64,000 nucleotides of DNA from a virus, in the IMG/VR virus record IMGVR_UViG_3300030616_000025, positions 1 through 64,000 of that record. One strand, given 5' to 3'. The notes beneath the pieces are model-generated. The model was not told the DNA's origin and made no database searches. It was given only the letters and a program-made list of their open reading frames with translations. Numbering within the stretch: position 1 is the stretch's first letter; the number at the start of each line of letters is the position of its first letter. The position numbers and the translations under genes were made by a program. Of the stretch, positions 33,339-42,964 are shown piece after piece.

Positions 33339-35971
33339 CGGACAAATTGCAAGAGTATATAAAGAAAGTTGGTAGCGAATACTGTATCTTTTCCCACAAG
33401 ACAGACAAGAAGCTATCCTGCTATGACACGGAAGCGGAAGCAGAAAAAGCCTTAAAACGGATGGCTCAATACAGAGAAGAGCGTGGACAGGGGCAGGGGA
33501 AAGGAAACTCCAAACAGCAGGACGGGGGAACTGGAACGTGTGTATGTCCTAAATGCGGCGCAGAAGCAACGCATGACAGGGGTACACCGTGCCTTGAAAT
33601 GAAGTGTCCTAAATGCGGTACTGCAATGGTAGGCAAAAGCAAAGAACAGCAGGAAGCGGAAAACGCTATCAACATACAGGTAGACACAATACAGATACGG
33701 GAAAGTAAAAACCCGTGGACATGGAAAGTGTGTGTAATCCAGGAGGGGTTAAGCAAGAACAGGACTGAATACACGCTTGAAGCCCTGCACAACATGAAGG
33801 ACTTAGTAAACGAAGCGAACAAAGGTTCACAGCCTGTGCCTGTAATGTGTTATGACTATGAGACAAGTATAGATATGTTAAACCACCTTTCGAATGCGGA
33901 ACGCGATCTTTTCCCGGAGGGATTTCCGAAAAAGACAATCGGTTGGTTACGTAACGCAAGTATCGTAGAAGAGGGTGGAATAAACAGACTGCTTGCAGAC
34001 CTTGAAATCAGTAAAAGTGCGGAATGGTTTAAGGACTTGATCGTTTCTGCAAAGGAAGCTGACCCGCCTATACAAAATCCATTCGGATTAAGTATAGATG
34101 GGGAAGGCACTTCTATTGAGGGAATGCACGAAGCAGACGGGGAGCTGAAGTGGACAATTACCAGTGTTCGAAAGCTTTTCGAGGTTACCGTAGTAACGTA
34201 TCCCAGTGCGGGAGGCGAGATTATAGATGTTAAGGAAGACAGACAAAGGTTTGTCACATTGATTGAAAGTTTATTTAAGGGTAAAGAAATGAAAAAGCTG
34301 ATTGAAAAGCTGAAAGAACTTTTTGAGAATATCAAAGAGGGTGAAACGCTTGAAGACGCAATCAAGGCACTTGAAGTAGCTAAGGGCGAAGACAAGCGTT
34401 TTGACTTTGAGCTGACAGAGGAAAATGCGGACGAAGTTCTTGAAAAGGTTAAAGAACTTGCTTACAACATTAAGATTGAACGCGGTTTGAGGGACAGGGC
34501 AAGTGCCGAGGAAGTAGCACAGATGGGTAAAATGCTTGAAGAGATCAAGGCACAGATAGCCGAACTCACACCGTCGAAAAAAAGCGAGCCGGAGGAAAAG
34601 CCGGAGGAAAAGAAAGAAGGTGCAGACATGGAAGACGCACAGAAAATTCTTGAAGAGCTGAAACAGGCAAAGGCTGAACTTGCAGTTTCCAAAACTCTTG
34701 ACGACAGCAAGCTGTCTGACAAGGGCAAGGACGTTATTCGCAATCGCTATAAGGGTGTAAGCGAAGTTGACGAAAAAGAACTGCGGGAAGCGATTCTTGA
34801 GCTTGAAGATGCTCTCGGAACGGTCGAGGGGAAAGACCAGAGCGTCGCACTGACAGAGACTGAAAAAGAGAAACAGGTTGAACACTATCAGGAACAGATG
34901 GACACAATCTACGGCGTTCCTGATGCAGAGGGCAGGGTAAAGCCTTTCAGTTCTGCTAAATTCCGCGGACTGTGTGACCTGTATGAACAGTGGACTGGGG
35001 ATAAGGGCGTAACAGGAAATATAAGACTTGAAAATCCTTACGGGCGTTCAAGAATTTCCGAAGCTATCCAGGTTAGTGACTTTTCTACCATGCTTGGAAC
35101 GTCAATGACTAAACACATGGTATTTGAGTATGACCGGATAGAAGACCAGTGGAGAAAGCTCTGTAATGTGAAACCCATCCGGGATTTCAAACAGCAGGAC
35201 TTTATTCAGTTCGGTGCATACGCGGCACTGGCAACAGTGAATGAACTCGGGTGCTATGCTGAATTCAGTACGCCTACCGAAGAGACAGGGAATTACTCAC
35301 CTACAAAACGTGGTAATTTCATCTCAATTTCCCGTGAATCGATCCTCAATGATGATCTTGGGAAATTCCGCAGGACTACACAGCAGATCGGGCGGGCGGC
35401 TAAAGTAACACTGAACCAGTTTGTATTCGACCTTGCATTGAACTATTCAAGTTCAATCAACGGCGGGACGATATATGACAGCAAGGCGCTGTATCATGCA
35501 TCGCATTCAAACTATGCAACCGCCTCACTTACCAAAGCGAACCTTGAAACTGCATGGGTGGCAATGAGAGCACAGACAGACCTTGACAGCGTTGCGGCGC
35601 TTGATATTCTGCCTAAGTATCTTATTGTATCTCCCACACAGAGAAGCACGGCTGTACCGATTGTCGAAAGTCAGTATCTGCCGGGCGGGTCGAACAATGA
35701 TGTCAACACGGCTTACAAGCTGTGCGAAGTCATGATTTCGAATTATCTCCGCAGTGATACCAATAACTGGTATCTGGTAGCAGACCCCGCGGTACATGAC
35801 ACTATTGAACTGGGTTTTGTACAGGGTAGAGAAGCACCGGCTGTATTCGTGCAGAATGACGGAGCGGTTGGAATGGTATTCAGTCACGACAAGATTTCCT
35901 ACAAAATCCGCCATGAATACGGCGGGGCAGTGACTTCTTACCAGAGCTTTTACGGTTCTGTTGTAACGTAG
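33335..35971 (+). CDS. fusion of zinc-ribbon, prohead-protease-like region, acidic coiled-coil scaffold and major capsid protein
   Basis: CPKCG...CPKCG at the N-terminus. FGLSIDGEG resembles the HK97-family protease G-x-S-x-G block. A Glu/Lys-rich segment of roughly 200 aa follows, then a C-terminal domain of roughly 330 aa in capsid position, followed by a strong terminator. Confidence 0.65.
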   Translation: MTDKLQEYIKKVGSEYCIFSHKTDKKLSCYDTEAEAEKALKRMAQYREERGQGQGKGNSKQQDGGTGTCVCPKCGAEATHDRGTPCLEMKCPKCGTAMVGKSKEQQEAENAINIQVDTIQIRESKNPWTWKVCVIQEGLSKNRTEYTLEALHNMKDLVNEANKGSQPVPVMCYDYETSIDMLNHLSNAERDLFPEGFPKKTIGWLRNASIVEEGGINRLLADLEISKSAEWFKDLIVSAKEADPPIQNPFGLSIDGEGTSIEGMHEADGELKWTITSVRKLFEVTVVTYPSAGGEIIDVKEDRQRFVTLIESLFKGKEMKKLIEKLKELFENIKEGETLEDAIKALEVAKGEDKRFDFELTEENADEVLEKVKELAYNIKIERGLRDRASAEEVAQMGKMLEEIKAQIAELTPSKKSEPEEKPEEKKEGADMEDAQKILEELKQAKAELAVSKTLDDSKLSDKGKDVIRNRYKGVSEVDEKELREAILELEDALGTVEGKDQSVALTETEKEKQVEHYQEQMDTIYGVPDAEGRVKPFSSAKFRGLCDLYEQWTGDKGVTGNIRLENPYGRSRISEAIQVSDFSTMLGTSMTKHMVFEYDRIEDQWRKLCNVKPIRDFKQQDFIQFGAYAALATVNELGCYAEFSTPTEETGNYSPTKRGNFISISRESILNDDLGKFRRTTQQIGRAAKVTLNQFVFDLALNYSSSINGGTIYDSKALYHASHSNYATASLTKANLETAWVAMRAQTDLDSVAALDILPKYLIVSPTQRSTAVPIVESQYLPGGSNNDVNTAYKLCEVMISNYLRSDTNNWYLVADPAVHDTIELGFVQGREAPAVFVQNDGAVGMVFSHDKISYKIRHEYGGAVTSYQSFYGSVVT

Positions 35972-36020
35972 ACGGAATTGTGGTGATTCCTTTCCGTTCA
36001 AACGTTTTTTGTCACCACGC

Positions 36021-36058
36021 AGGGGAGGGGGTTCATACCGCCCCCTCTCCGTATTTTC
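36021..36058 (+). terminator. rho-independent terminator after the capsid gene
   Basis: GGGGAGGGGG-TTCATACC-GCCCCCTCTCC hairpin followed by GTATTTTC. Confidence 0.6.
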
Positions 36059-36075
36059 ATATAGGAGACTAAGGC

Positions 36076-37335
36076 ATGGCTACAACAATGGTGCAATGGC
36101 CTTGTGACGGAGTAAAGCTTTTGGGGGCTACTGGTGCAAGCGCACAAGGAGCAGGACAGTGGTTTGCCATGCCGTCAGGGGCGAAAGTAATAGAGATTTT
36201 CACATTACCCGAAACATCGGACGCGTTAAAGCTTGTCTGGACAGTACAGCTTGCGATGCACAGTTCGGTTTCAGGTGCAAAGAGTAAGAATAACCCGGAA
36301 ACAGTAATTTCAAAAACAGGAGCGGATGGTGCGGAAAGTATGAAATTCTCCACGCTGTGTACGCTCATAAGAGTAAACGTAACTACGTATAACGCTGACG
36401 CCTTGCATTCACAGGTGCTTATGGCGGCAGACTACGGGACTATCGTAACACTTGACGATGCGGAAATAACGGTTGGCGATGTAACAATAGGCAGTAACAT
36501 TACCGAGACAAATTCAACGGCGATTAAAGCGGCTGTAGAAAAAATGGATGACTGGGATGAAGCGGACAGGGCAAAAGTCAATCCAATAGTCGGACAAGCA
36601 GGGATAGATGCTGACGCAGGAGCGGCAAGCGCAAAAACGCCGAGAGTTATAACGGCTTCAGACGATCCAGGCAATGTACATCTCGGAACAATAGCCGCTA
36701 CAAACTCACTTATGGAAGGGCATTTGGGTAACATAGCAACAGACACAGCTTCTATCAGTACAGACGCTTCTACGATAGCAGGAGCGATAGGCACAGAGGA
36801 CGGGACATTACCTTCTGGGATAGCGCTGATTGGCGGAGAAGTCGTAGACGGAGTACCGACCGAAGTAACCGACGGAAATCTTGCGGCGTTGTGGATAAAC
36901 ACGTTCAAGCAGTTAGTTCCGGCAGGATTTGACTTAACGCAGAACGCGCTAAGCATTACAGAAGTAGCGCCACCGCTATTGATGCTTGACAAAGAGACAG
37001 GCATAACACAGCTTACAGAGCCTGGGGTTACTACACCTGTCGATGCGTCACTGTACGGGATTGCAGGGTACAGCGTAACGATTGCGAATATCGATAGTAA
37101 TGTCATACTTGGCTTAGTCGGCACAACGGACGAATCAGGCTCTTACGAATGCAGACTTGTCAACACGGCGGTAGCGAACTGCGCAATATCAGGTAACAGG
37201 GCTACAATCACAGCTAACGGAACATATCTGATATACACGGAAGACCCGGCTGTTAAGTTACAGCTTGATTGGATTTCTGAATTAGGCGGCGCAAATGCCA
37301 CGGCAGATGCAGACAGATTTTTCAGGAGAAAGTAA
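36076..37335 (+). CDS. Ala/Thr/Gly/Asp-rich virion protein (decoration or head fibre candidate)
   Basis: First gene after the capsid terminator. GGAGACTAAGGC-ATG start. No family recognised. Confidence 0.45.
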   Translation: MATTMVQWPCDGVKLLGATGASAQGAGQWFAMPSGAKVIEIFTLPETSDALKLVWTVQLAMHSSVSGAKSKNNPETVISKTGADGAESMKFSTLCTLIRVNVTTYNADALHSQVLMAADYGTIVTLDDAEITVGDVTIGSNITETNSTAIKAAVEKMDDWDEADRAKVNPIVGQAGIDADAGAASAKTPRVITASDDPGNVHLGTIAATNSLMEGHLGNIATDTASISTDASTIAGAIGTEDGTLPSGIALIGGEVVDGVPTEVTDGNLAALWINTFKQLVPAGFDLTQNALSITEVAPPLLMLDKETGITQLTEPGVTTPVDASLYGIAGYSVTIANIDSNVILGLVGTTDESGSYECRLVNTAVANCAISGNRATITANGTYLIYTEDPAVKLQLDWISELGGANATADADRFFRRK

Positions 37336-37337
37336 AA

Positions 37338-37769
37338 ATGGAAATATATCCAAAAGCAAAGGTTGAAACAGAAACGGTGGAATACACGCCGGAAGAAAAA
37401 CAGTCTGTAGCAAATGAATTTGTACGGCTTAAAGAAGAAGGGCCAGACCCCGGATACTTCCCTATCGGCGTAGACAGACAGCTGAAAGACAGAGAAGCGG
37501 CGGCAATAGCGAACATAAACGTAATCGGCGACAGGAAATACTATCCTTGCGCTATAAAGCTTATCGCTGAGATCGAGCAGGAAGCCAAAGACATGAAAGC
37601 TGTCAGACCGGCAGACTGCAAGGATGAAGCTGAATACAAATCGGAGCTTGCGAAGAAAAAGACATACCTGGATGAAACGACATACTTTGACGCGGTACTT
37701 GCGCATAACGGAGTGGAAGACTTTGCTGAACTAAAGACAGCACTCACGCCGAAAGAAATAGCCAAATGA
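37338..37769 (+). CDS. hypothetical structural-module protein
   Basis: Start 2 nt after the upstream stop. Confidence 0.45.
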   Translation: MEIYPKAKVETETVEYTPEEKQSVANEFVRLKEEGPDPGYFPIGVDRQLKDREAAAIANINVIGDRKYYPCAIKLIAEIEQEAKDMKAVRPADCKDEAEYKSELAKKKTYLDETTYFDAVLAHNGVEDFAELKTALTPKEIAK

Positions 37770-37948
37770 AAAAGCTATTGATAATAGTCCCTTTGATTGT
37801 GCTTTGCAACTGTAGGATAGGTTGGTATATCCACAAGACAGAAACGTCGGTCAATGCGGCTACAAACGAAGTGTGGGTACGTGAGACAGAGGAAATACGG
37901 ATAAAGATAAAGAAAGCCACCATACAGCAATTGAGGAATGAACGGTGA
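37766..37948 (+). CDS. small protein with an N-terminal signal/anchor-like segment
   Basis: MKKLLIIVPLIVLCNC. The Cys context is not a canonical lipobox. Confidence 0.35.
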   Translation: MKKLLIIVPLIVLCNCRIGWYIHKTETSVNAATNEVWVRETEEIRIKIKKATIQQLRNER

Positions 37949-38652
37949 TAATGCGGAGATTTAAGCAAGACCCTGACTGCGTATTTGCAGAGCGGTTTAT
38001 TTCTCCGCAGGATTGCAGAGACAGAGGGTTTACTATAAGCGGGAATCCGGGCGTGGAAAATTCTCCATATGGACATGCTCTGACACTTGCAGGAGGCACG
38101 CCGGATTATCTTGCGTTGGATGATGCTACATATATTGGAGATTTAATAGGAACGGGCGATTTTAGTATTGTAGCCGCAATTAAGAACAGTGCCACGTTAG
38201 CAGGAACCGCAAACAAGTACACCATTATAGCGGATAAAGATCAGCCAAATACAACGAAAATAGGATTTGCATTTATACTTGCCGGGGGATCGCTTAACGG
38301 TTTGCAGATACGGTTGAATGACGCCACGAATGCAAACGACATGACCTTGAGTTTGTCAACAGACAGGACGACTCTGTTGTCTAATGGCAACTGGCATACG
38401 GTAGGTGTATCGGTTGACCGGGGGACTATAGCAGACAGCAGGCTGTATGTAAATTCCTTTTCCGGGGAATACTCAGCAGCCGGTGACGCTATAGGTGCGA
38501 ACACGCTCAGCAACGATCAGGACTTGACACTTGGAACACTGGGGAACAAAATCACATATCCGGCTACGCTGAGCGTGGCGTACGTGCTGATATATAAGAG
38601 GATTTTATCTGCCGCAGAGTTTGGCAATTTCCACACAGGGGAGGCGTTCTGA
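37945..38652 (+). CDS. LamG / concanavalin-A-like lectin-fold protein, paralog 1
   Basis: FSIVAAIKNS...NWHTVGVSVDRG...RLYVNS...LTLG. Confidence 0.55.
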   Translation: MIMRRFKQDPDCVFAERFISPQDCRDRGFTISGNPGVENSPYGHALTLAGGTPDYLALDDATYIGDLIGTGDFSIVAAIKNSATLAGTANKYTIIADKDQPNTTKIGFAFILAGGSLNGLQIRLNDATNANDMTLSLSTDRTTLLSNGNWHTVGVSVDRGTIADSRLYVNSFSGEYSAAGDAIGANTLSNDQDLTLGTLGNKITYPATLSVAYVLIYKRILSAAEFGNFHTGEAF

Positions 38653-39344
38653 TGTACCTCAATAATCTTGTCGGCTTCTGGGATATGAGCACGATAAATC
38701 CCGTGAACCTTGCGCCGAGGACGTACGGGACAGGTAATGGCACAGGGACAGGAATTGCGGCGGCTAATATAGTAAACGGCGTGGGCGGAGGCAAGGGGAC
38801 GCTGTATAACGGGACAGATGAACTGACTACCATATCAAATAATTCAAATTTGGTTTTTGGCAATGGAACATCAGACAATCCATTCAGCATAGCAACTTGG
38901 GTTAAAGCAACTGATTGGAGCAACTTTACCATAGTCGGCAAGGGGATTCACGGAACAGATGGAGAATACAGGCTAAAAACATCCGCCACAGATAAAATAC
39001 AATTTTATCTTTCCGATGAAAGCGAAACAGATTATATCGCGAGGTACTACAATGCTGGATTAACCTCCCATGAAGGACAGTGGGTTTTTATTACTGCTAC
39101 TTATGACGGCAGCTCTGCGGTTACCGGATTAAAAATATACTTAAACGAATCAAGGATTGATGATACAAGCTTGGCGGGTGGCTCTTACGTTGCTATGACA
39201 GATGAATCTGCTGACCTAATTATAGGTGAGTATGACGGAGATTATGCATCGGGTGTTATGGATTATTTTATGATATTTAACTTCGAACTCGCTCAAACGC
39301 AGGTAATCGACCTAATGAACCGCACCAGAACAGGGAGACTATAA
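38652..39344 (+). CDS. LamG / concanavalin-A-like lectin-fold protein, paralog 2
   Basis: FSIATWVKAT...QWVFITATYDGSSAVTGLKIYLNESRIDD...LIIG. This is the best match to the Laminin_G_3 pattern. Confidence 0.65.
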   Translation: MYLNNLVGFWDMSTINPVNLAPRTYGTGNGTGTGIAAANIVNGVGGGKGTLYNGTDELTTISNNSNLVFGNGTSDNPFSIATWVKATDWSNFTIVGKGIHGTDGEYRLKTSATDKIQFYLSDESETDYIARYYNAGLTSHEGQWVFITATYDGSSAVTGLKIYLNESRIDDTSLAGGSYVAMTDESADLIIGEYDGDYASGVMDYFMIFNFELAQTQVIDLMNRTRTGRL

Positions 39345-40004
39345 ATGCCTTCATGGAGATTGAAAGAGCACTGTGTTTATTGCAACCACCTTAGAGATGC
39401 GTCTATAGATGAGGTTACGAAGACGGCGAATGCTTGGACGGGGACGGAGGCATATATTGAGAATCCTTACGGGTTTAGCGTGGGGGATTTTAACGGGGCA
39501 AGTCATTTAGATATAACTGCTCTTCTTGCAAGATTTTCTTCTTTGACGGAAGTAACAATTTCTGTTCTGTTTAAAATTGATAGCCTTGGAGCAGACAGAG
39601 TAATATTTGCGGCTTCAGATAGTGGTGATGCTTCAAGTGAGATTAAATTTAATGTAAGCAGTTTAAACAAAGTTATATTTAGTGCAAGAGAAAATGGGTC
39701 TGGTATTTTTAGCGCAACCTCTACCACAACTGTAATAGCTAATCATTGGTATCATGCGGTTGGTACAGTAAACTCTACAGCTTCTTATATATATCTTGAT
39801 GGTAAATATGATGCTGTTGGTACTGGTGCTGCTGGGTTTTCTGTGGTAAACGATTTAGATCATGTGGCTATAGGTGCAAATAAAGACAGTGGTGGTTTGC
39901 AATGGTACTGGAACGGTGGGATAGGAACTATAAAGATTCATAATTTTGTGGCGACTTACGACGAAGCAATTGTATTAAACCGCATGGCAAAGAGGGGGCT
40001 ATAA
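39345..40004 (+). CDS. LamG / concanavalin-A-like lectin-fold protein, paralog 3
   Basis: VTISVLFKID...HWYHAVGTVNSTASYIYLDGK...VAIGAN. Confidence 0.55.
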   Translation: MPSWRLKEHCVYCNHLRDASIDEVTKTANAWTGTEAYIENPYGFSVGDFNGASHLDITALLARFSSLTEVTISVLFKIDSLGADRVIFAASDSGDASSEIKFNVSSLNKVIFSARENGSGIFSATSTTTVIANHWYHAVGTVNSTASYIYLDGKYDAVGTGAAGFSVVNDLDHVAIGANKDSGGLQWYWNGGIGTIKIHNFVATYDEAIVLNRMAKRGL

Positions 40005-40624
40005 TGATTTACCCCGAACAGCCGATCCTTTCAAGAGCGCTTCCCGATATTGCGGACAGCACGCTCGTCGGCTCCTGGCTCACGCACAAAACTCCGAGCA
40101 GTGGGAAGGATTATTCGACGGTAGGCAATGACGGAGTAAGCACAGGCATTAAGTGGAATAAGATCGGCGGTTATTTTGACGGAGCAAGTTATCTGAATAT
40201 GACAGGCGGTACATTTACTGGGATTGACACGGTTGAGTTTTGGTTTAAAACGAGTGGCGCAGGGTCTATGTGTATAATAAATGATTTTAGAACGAATAGG
40301 AGTGTTTACATAAACGGTGGTAAGATAAACTTTAGAAACTCTGATAATTCTGCAAATTTAGCAACAGCGAATACATTTAATGATAACGCTTGGCATTACG
40401 GACTCGTTAATATAGAGAATGATTTAATATATCTTGATGGAGAAGTGGAGGCGACAGAAGCAGGTGATGGTCTTGCCAGTGACAGGATTCTAATTGGAGC
40501 AAGGCATAGTGGCGGTTATGGTAGTTATTTCATTGGTGATCTTGCCTGTTTAAACGCATATGCAACACCCAAATCAGCTTCTTTCGCAAAATACCGATAC
40601 TTACAGTGTGTACCAGAAGGATAA
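40004..40624 (+). CDS. LamG / concanavalin-A-like lectin-fold protein, paralog 4
   Basis: DTVEFWFKTS...AWHYGLVNIENDLIYLDGE...ILIGAR. Confidence 0.55.
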   Translation: MIYPEQPILSRALPDIADSTLVGSWLTHKTPSSGKDYSTVGNDGVSTGIKWNKIGGYFDGASYLNMTGGTFTGIDTVEFWFKTSGAGSMCIINDFRTNRSVYINGGKINFRNSDNSANLATANTFNDNAWHYGLVNIENDLIYLDGEVEATEAGDGLASDRILIGARHSGGYGSYFIGDLACLNAYATPKSASFAKYRYLQCVPEG

Positions 40625-40627
40625 AGA

Positions 40628-41263
40628 ATGAGCTTAGTATTCCAAACAATAGACGGCACAAAAGACCTAAGCCGGTATAAACACGCGATAACCAATTCAT
40701 CCGGCCCAGCTGCAATACTTGGCAGGCGTGTTGATATTCCCGCGGCAAATGAGAATGCTTATATTCGGATTGGTTCAGCTGGGGATACAAAGTTTACTGG
40801 CTCAGATGGATTTACGGTAGCAGAATGGATTAGGCTTGGGCGGGTAGATGTACAACAGTATCTTTTAAATCTATGGGGAACAGACGCGTCTTGGGGAACA
40901 TCTATATCAGCTTCAAATAGAGCAATTTTTTTAACATATGATGGTGTTGGTTCTTCAACTCTTACGGGAGCTACAACTTTATTTATTGCTAATCGTTGGT
41001 ATAGGTTAATTTTTGTTTATGATGGTGGTACGACCGGAACAAATGGACATATTTATATAAATGGAGAAATTGAAATTGAGGGAACGATTAACAGAGTCCC
41101 TCATTATGTTGCCGGGCAGGGAGTGGGATTTGGAACTGAATGGACAAGAAATATTGCAACAGATTTAGTAGGCTCCGGCTCAGACCTGAGATTTTACAAC
41201 ACCGCATGGAGCGCAGGACAGGCTAAACTCGACTACGAAATGACAAGACTGCGGAGACACTAA
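40628..41263 (+). CDS. LamG / concanavalin-A-like lectin-fold protein, paralog 5
   Basis: FTVAEWIRLG...RWYRLIFVYDGGTTGTNGHIYINGE. Confidence 0.55.
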   Translation: MSLVFQTIDGTKDLSRYKHAITNSSGPAAILGRRVDIPAANENAYIRIGSAGDTKFTGSDGFTVAEWIRLGRVDVQQYLLNLWGTDASWGTSISASNRAIFLTYDGVGSSTLTGATTLFIANRWYRLIFVYDGGTTGTNGHIYINGEIEIEGTINRVPHYVAGQGVGFGTEWTRNIATDLVGSGSDLRFYNTAWSAGQAKLDYEMTRLRRH

Positions 41264-41953
41264 ATGAACCTTACAGACGCAAGAACATATTGCGGATACC
41301 TACTGCAAACACAAGACATTTCTCTTGACAGCGAAACGGCAGTATTGAATTACTGTATAGGTGATGCGGTAGACCAGTATTCACAGGATAAGCCGCTTGT
41401 ATATTGCGAAGCTGTAGCCGGGAGCGGGTCGAAAAGATATAGCCTTGACGGACTTACGAATTTTGACTTTGAATTCAGTGTGATTATAGAGATAGAATAT
41501 CCGATAGACAAGAACCCGCCTGAATTGATAGACGACAGATACTGGACATACATTCAAAGACCGTCGGGGGATAATGACGATTTATTGTTTATTGACACTA
41601 CTCCTGCAAGCGGGGAAAGTTTTCATATCTATTACACGTACTACACAAACGATATAAACGACGTAAGAGCAAAAGACCAGAGGGCGGTTGTATCGCTTGC
41701 GGCTTCGTATGCCTGTCAGGTCATGGCAAACAAGGCGAATCAGTCCGGGGATGATAATGTCAACGCTGACTTTGTGGACAGAACATCAAACAAAAATAAC
41801 TTTGTTGAATCAGCTAAGTATTTCGAGGAAAAGTATAAAAAGCGTATTTTCGGAGATAAAGACAGCATAAGTCCGGCGTTGAATATTACGAACCTTGACA
41901 CATACGTACACAGACAGCATAAGAGAATACTGCACAAGAGGACATACACCTAA
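41264..41953 (+). CDS. head-tail connector/adaptor candidate
   Basis: Position between the head and tail genes. Positional inference only. Confidence 0.4.
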   Translation: MNLTDARTYCGYLLQTQDISLDSETAVLNYCIGDAVDQYSQDKPLVYCEAVAGSGSKRYSLDGLTNFDFEFSVIIEIEYPIDKNPPELIDDRYWTYIQRPSGDNDDLLFIDTTPASGESFHIYYTYYTNDINDVRAKDQRAVVSLAASYACQVMANKANQSGDDNVNADFVDRTSNKNNFVESAKYFEEKYKKRIFGDKDSISPALNITNLDTYVHRQHKRILHKRTYT

Positions 41954-42477
41954 TGGAAATATCGATAGATTTCAGCGACGTAGAAAAACAGGTTGCGGAT
42001 ATTACCCGAAAAGCGCCGTGGGTTATAGATGAGATTATCATACACTGGCTGTTGGCAGGGGCGAAAGAAATACTTCACAGGTCGGTCATTGGCGCAAGTG
42101 GAATAAGAGGCGTTACCGGGAAATATCACGGTGCATTTACGAACACTGATATTATGGGCGGGGTAGGAGACAGGCATATCATAGTTGTCAACGTAGCGGA
42201 TTACAGCATGGTTATAGAGCACGGAGCAAAGTTCACAAACAAAATGCCGCCGCCCGGAGTACTTGACGAATGGGTAAGGAAAATAATTGCACCCGGAAGC
42301 ATAGAAGAGGTCAAGCGGATAGCCTATTTGATAGGCAGATCATACGTGCGCAAGGGTAGAGCCGGGAAGAAAGCCATTAAGGGCAGATACGTAATGACAA
42401 ACGCATACAAAAAGGCAAAAGCGCGACTTGACACATGGCTGAAACAATTGGTAGATCAAGGATTGAAAAAGCTATGA
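41953..42477 (+). CDS. head-tail joining protein candidate (HK97 gp10-like position)
   Basis: Position and size only. Confidence 0.35.
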   Translation: MEISIDFSDVEKQVADITRKAPWVIDEIIIHWLLAGAKEILHRSVIGASGIRGVTGKYHGAFTNTDIMGGVGDRHIIVVNVADYSMVIEHGAKFTNKMPPPGVLDEWVRKIIAPGSIEEVKRIAYLIGRSYVRKGRAGKKAIKGRYVMTNAYKKAKARLDTWLKQLVDQGLKKL

Positions 42478-42953
42478 GTTGGGCGACGATAAGTACAGCA
42501 TTAAAGGCGCTTGTGGTAGGCGTTACCGGAGTGCCGGAAGATAATGTATATGAACGTATTGCAATGTATAACGATGCGCAGGAATTCAAGGACTTATTCT
42601 TTGACGGTACGAACAGCAGATTTCTGGGGGTAGAAATATACACGACCAGGGACGAAGATGATTTGGTTGCTCATAACACGATACACACGGAACATGATGT
42701 TGTTATACGCTGTTTCATTGGGATAAAGGACAGGAATCAGGGCAATGATACCTATACCACGCTTAGGAATTTGGTAGAAGACATACGAGAAGTGTTAAGG
42801 AAGAATTTAACAGTATCAGGAACATGCGTAAACGCAGATATGCCCGCTATGGCAGAAATAAGTCCCGGACTTAGACAGAGCGTTTATACGTGGGAATGCG
42901 CTATAAACTGGACTGTATACGAGAGAACGACTGTAACTGAAAATTTATCATAA
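42474..42953 (+). CDS. tail terminator/completion protein candidate
   Basis: ATGA overlap. Lies immediately upstream of the tube gene. Confidence 0.35.
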   Translation: MSWATISTALKALVVGVTGVPEDNVYERIAMYNDAQEFKDLFFDGTNSRFLGVEIYTTRDEDDLVAHNTIHTEHDVVIRCFIGIKDRNQGNDTYTTLRNLVEDIREVLRKNLTVSGTCVNADMPAMAEISPGLRQSVYTWECAINWTVYERTTVTENLS

Positions 42954-42964
42954 GGAGTTACGTT

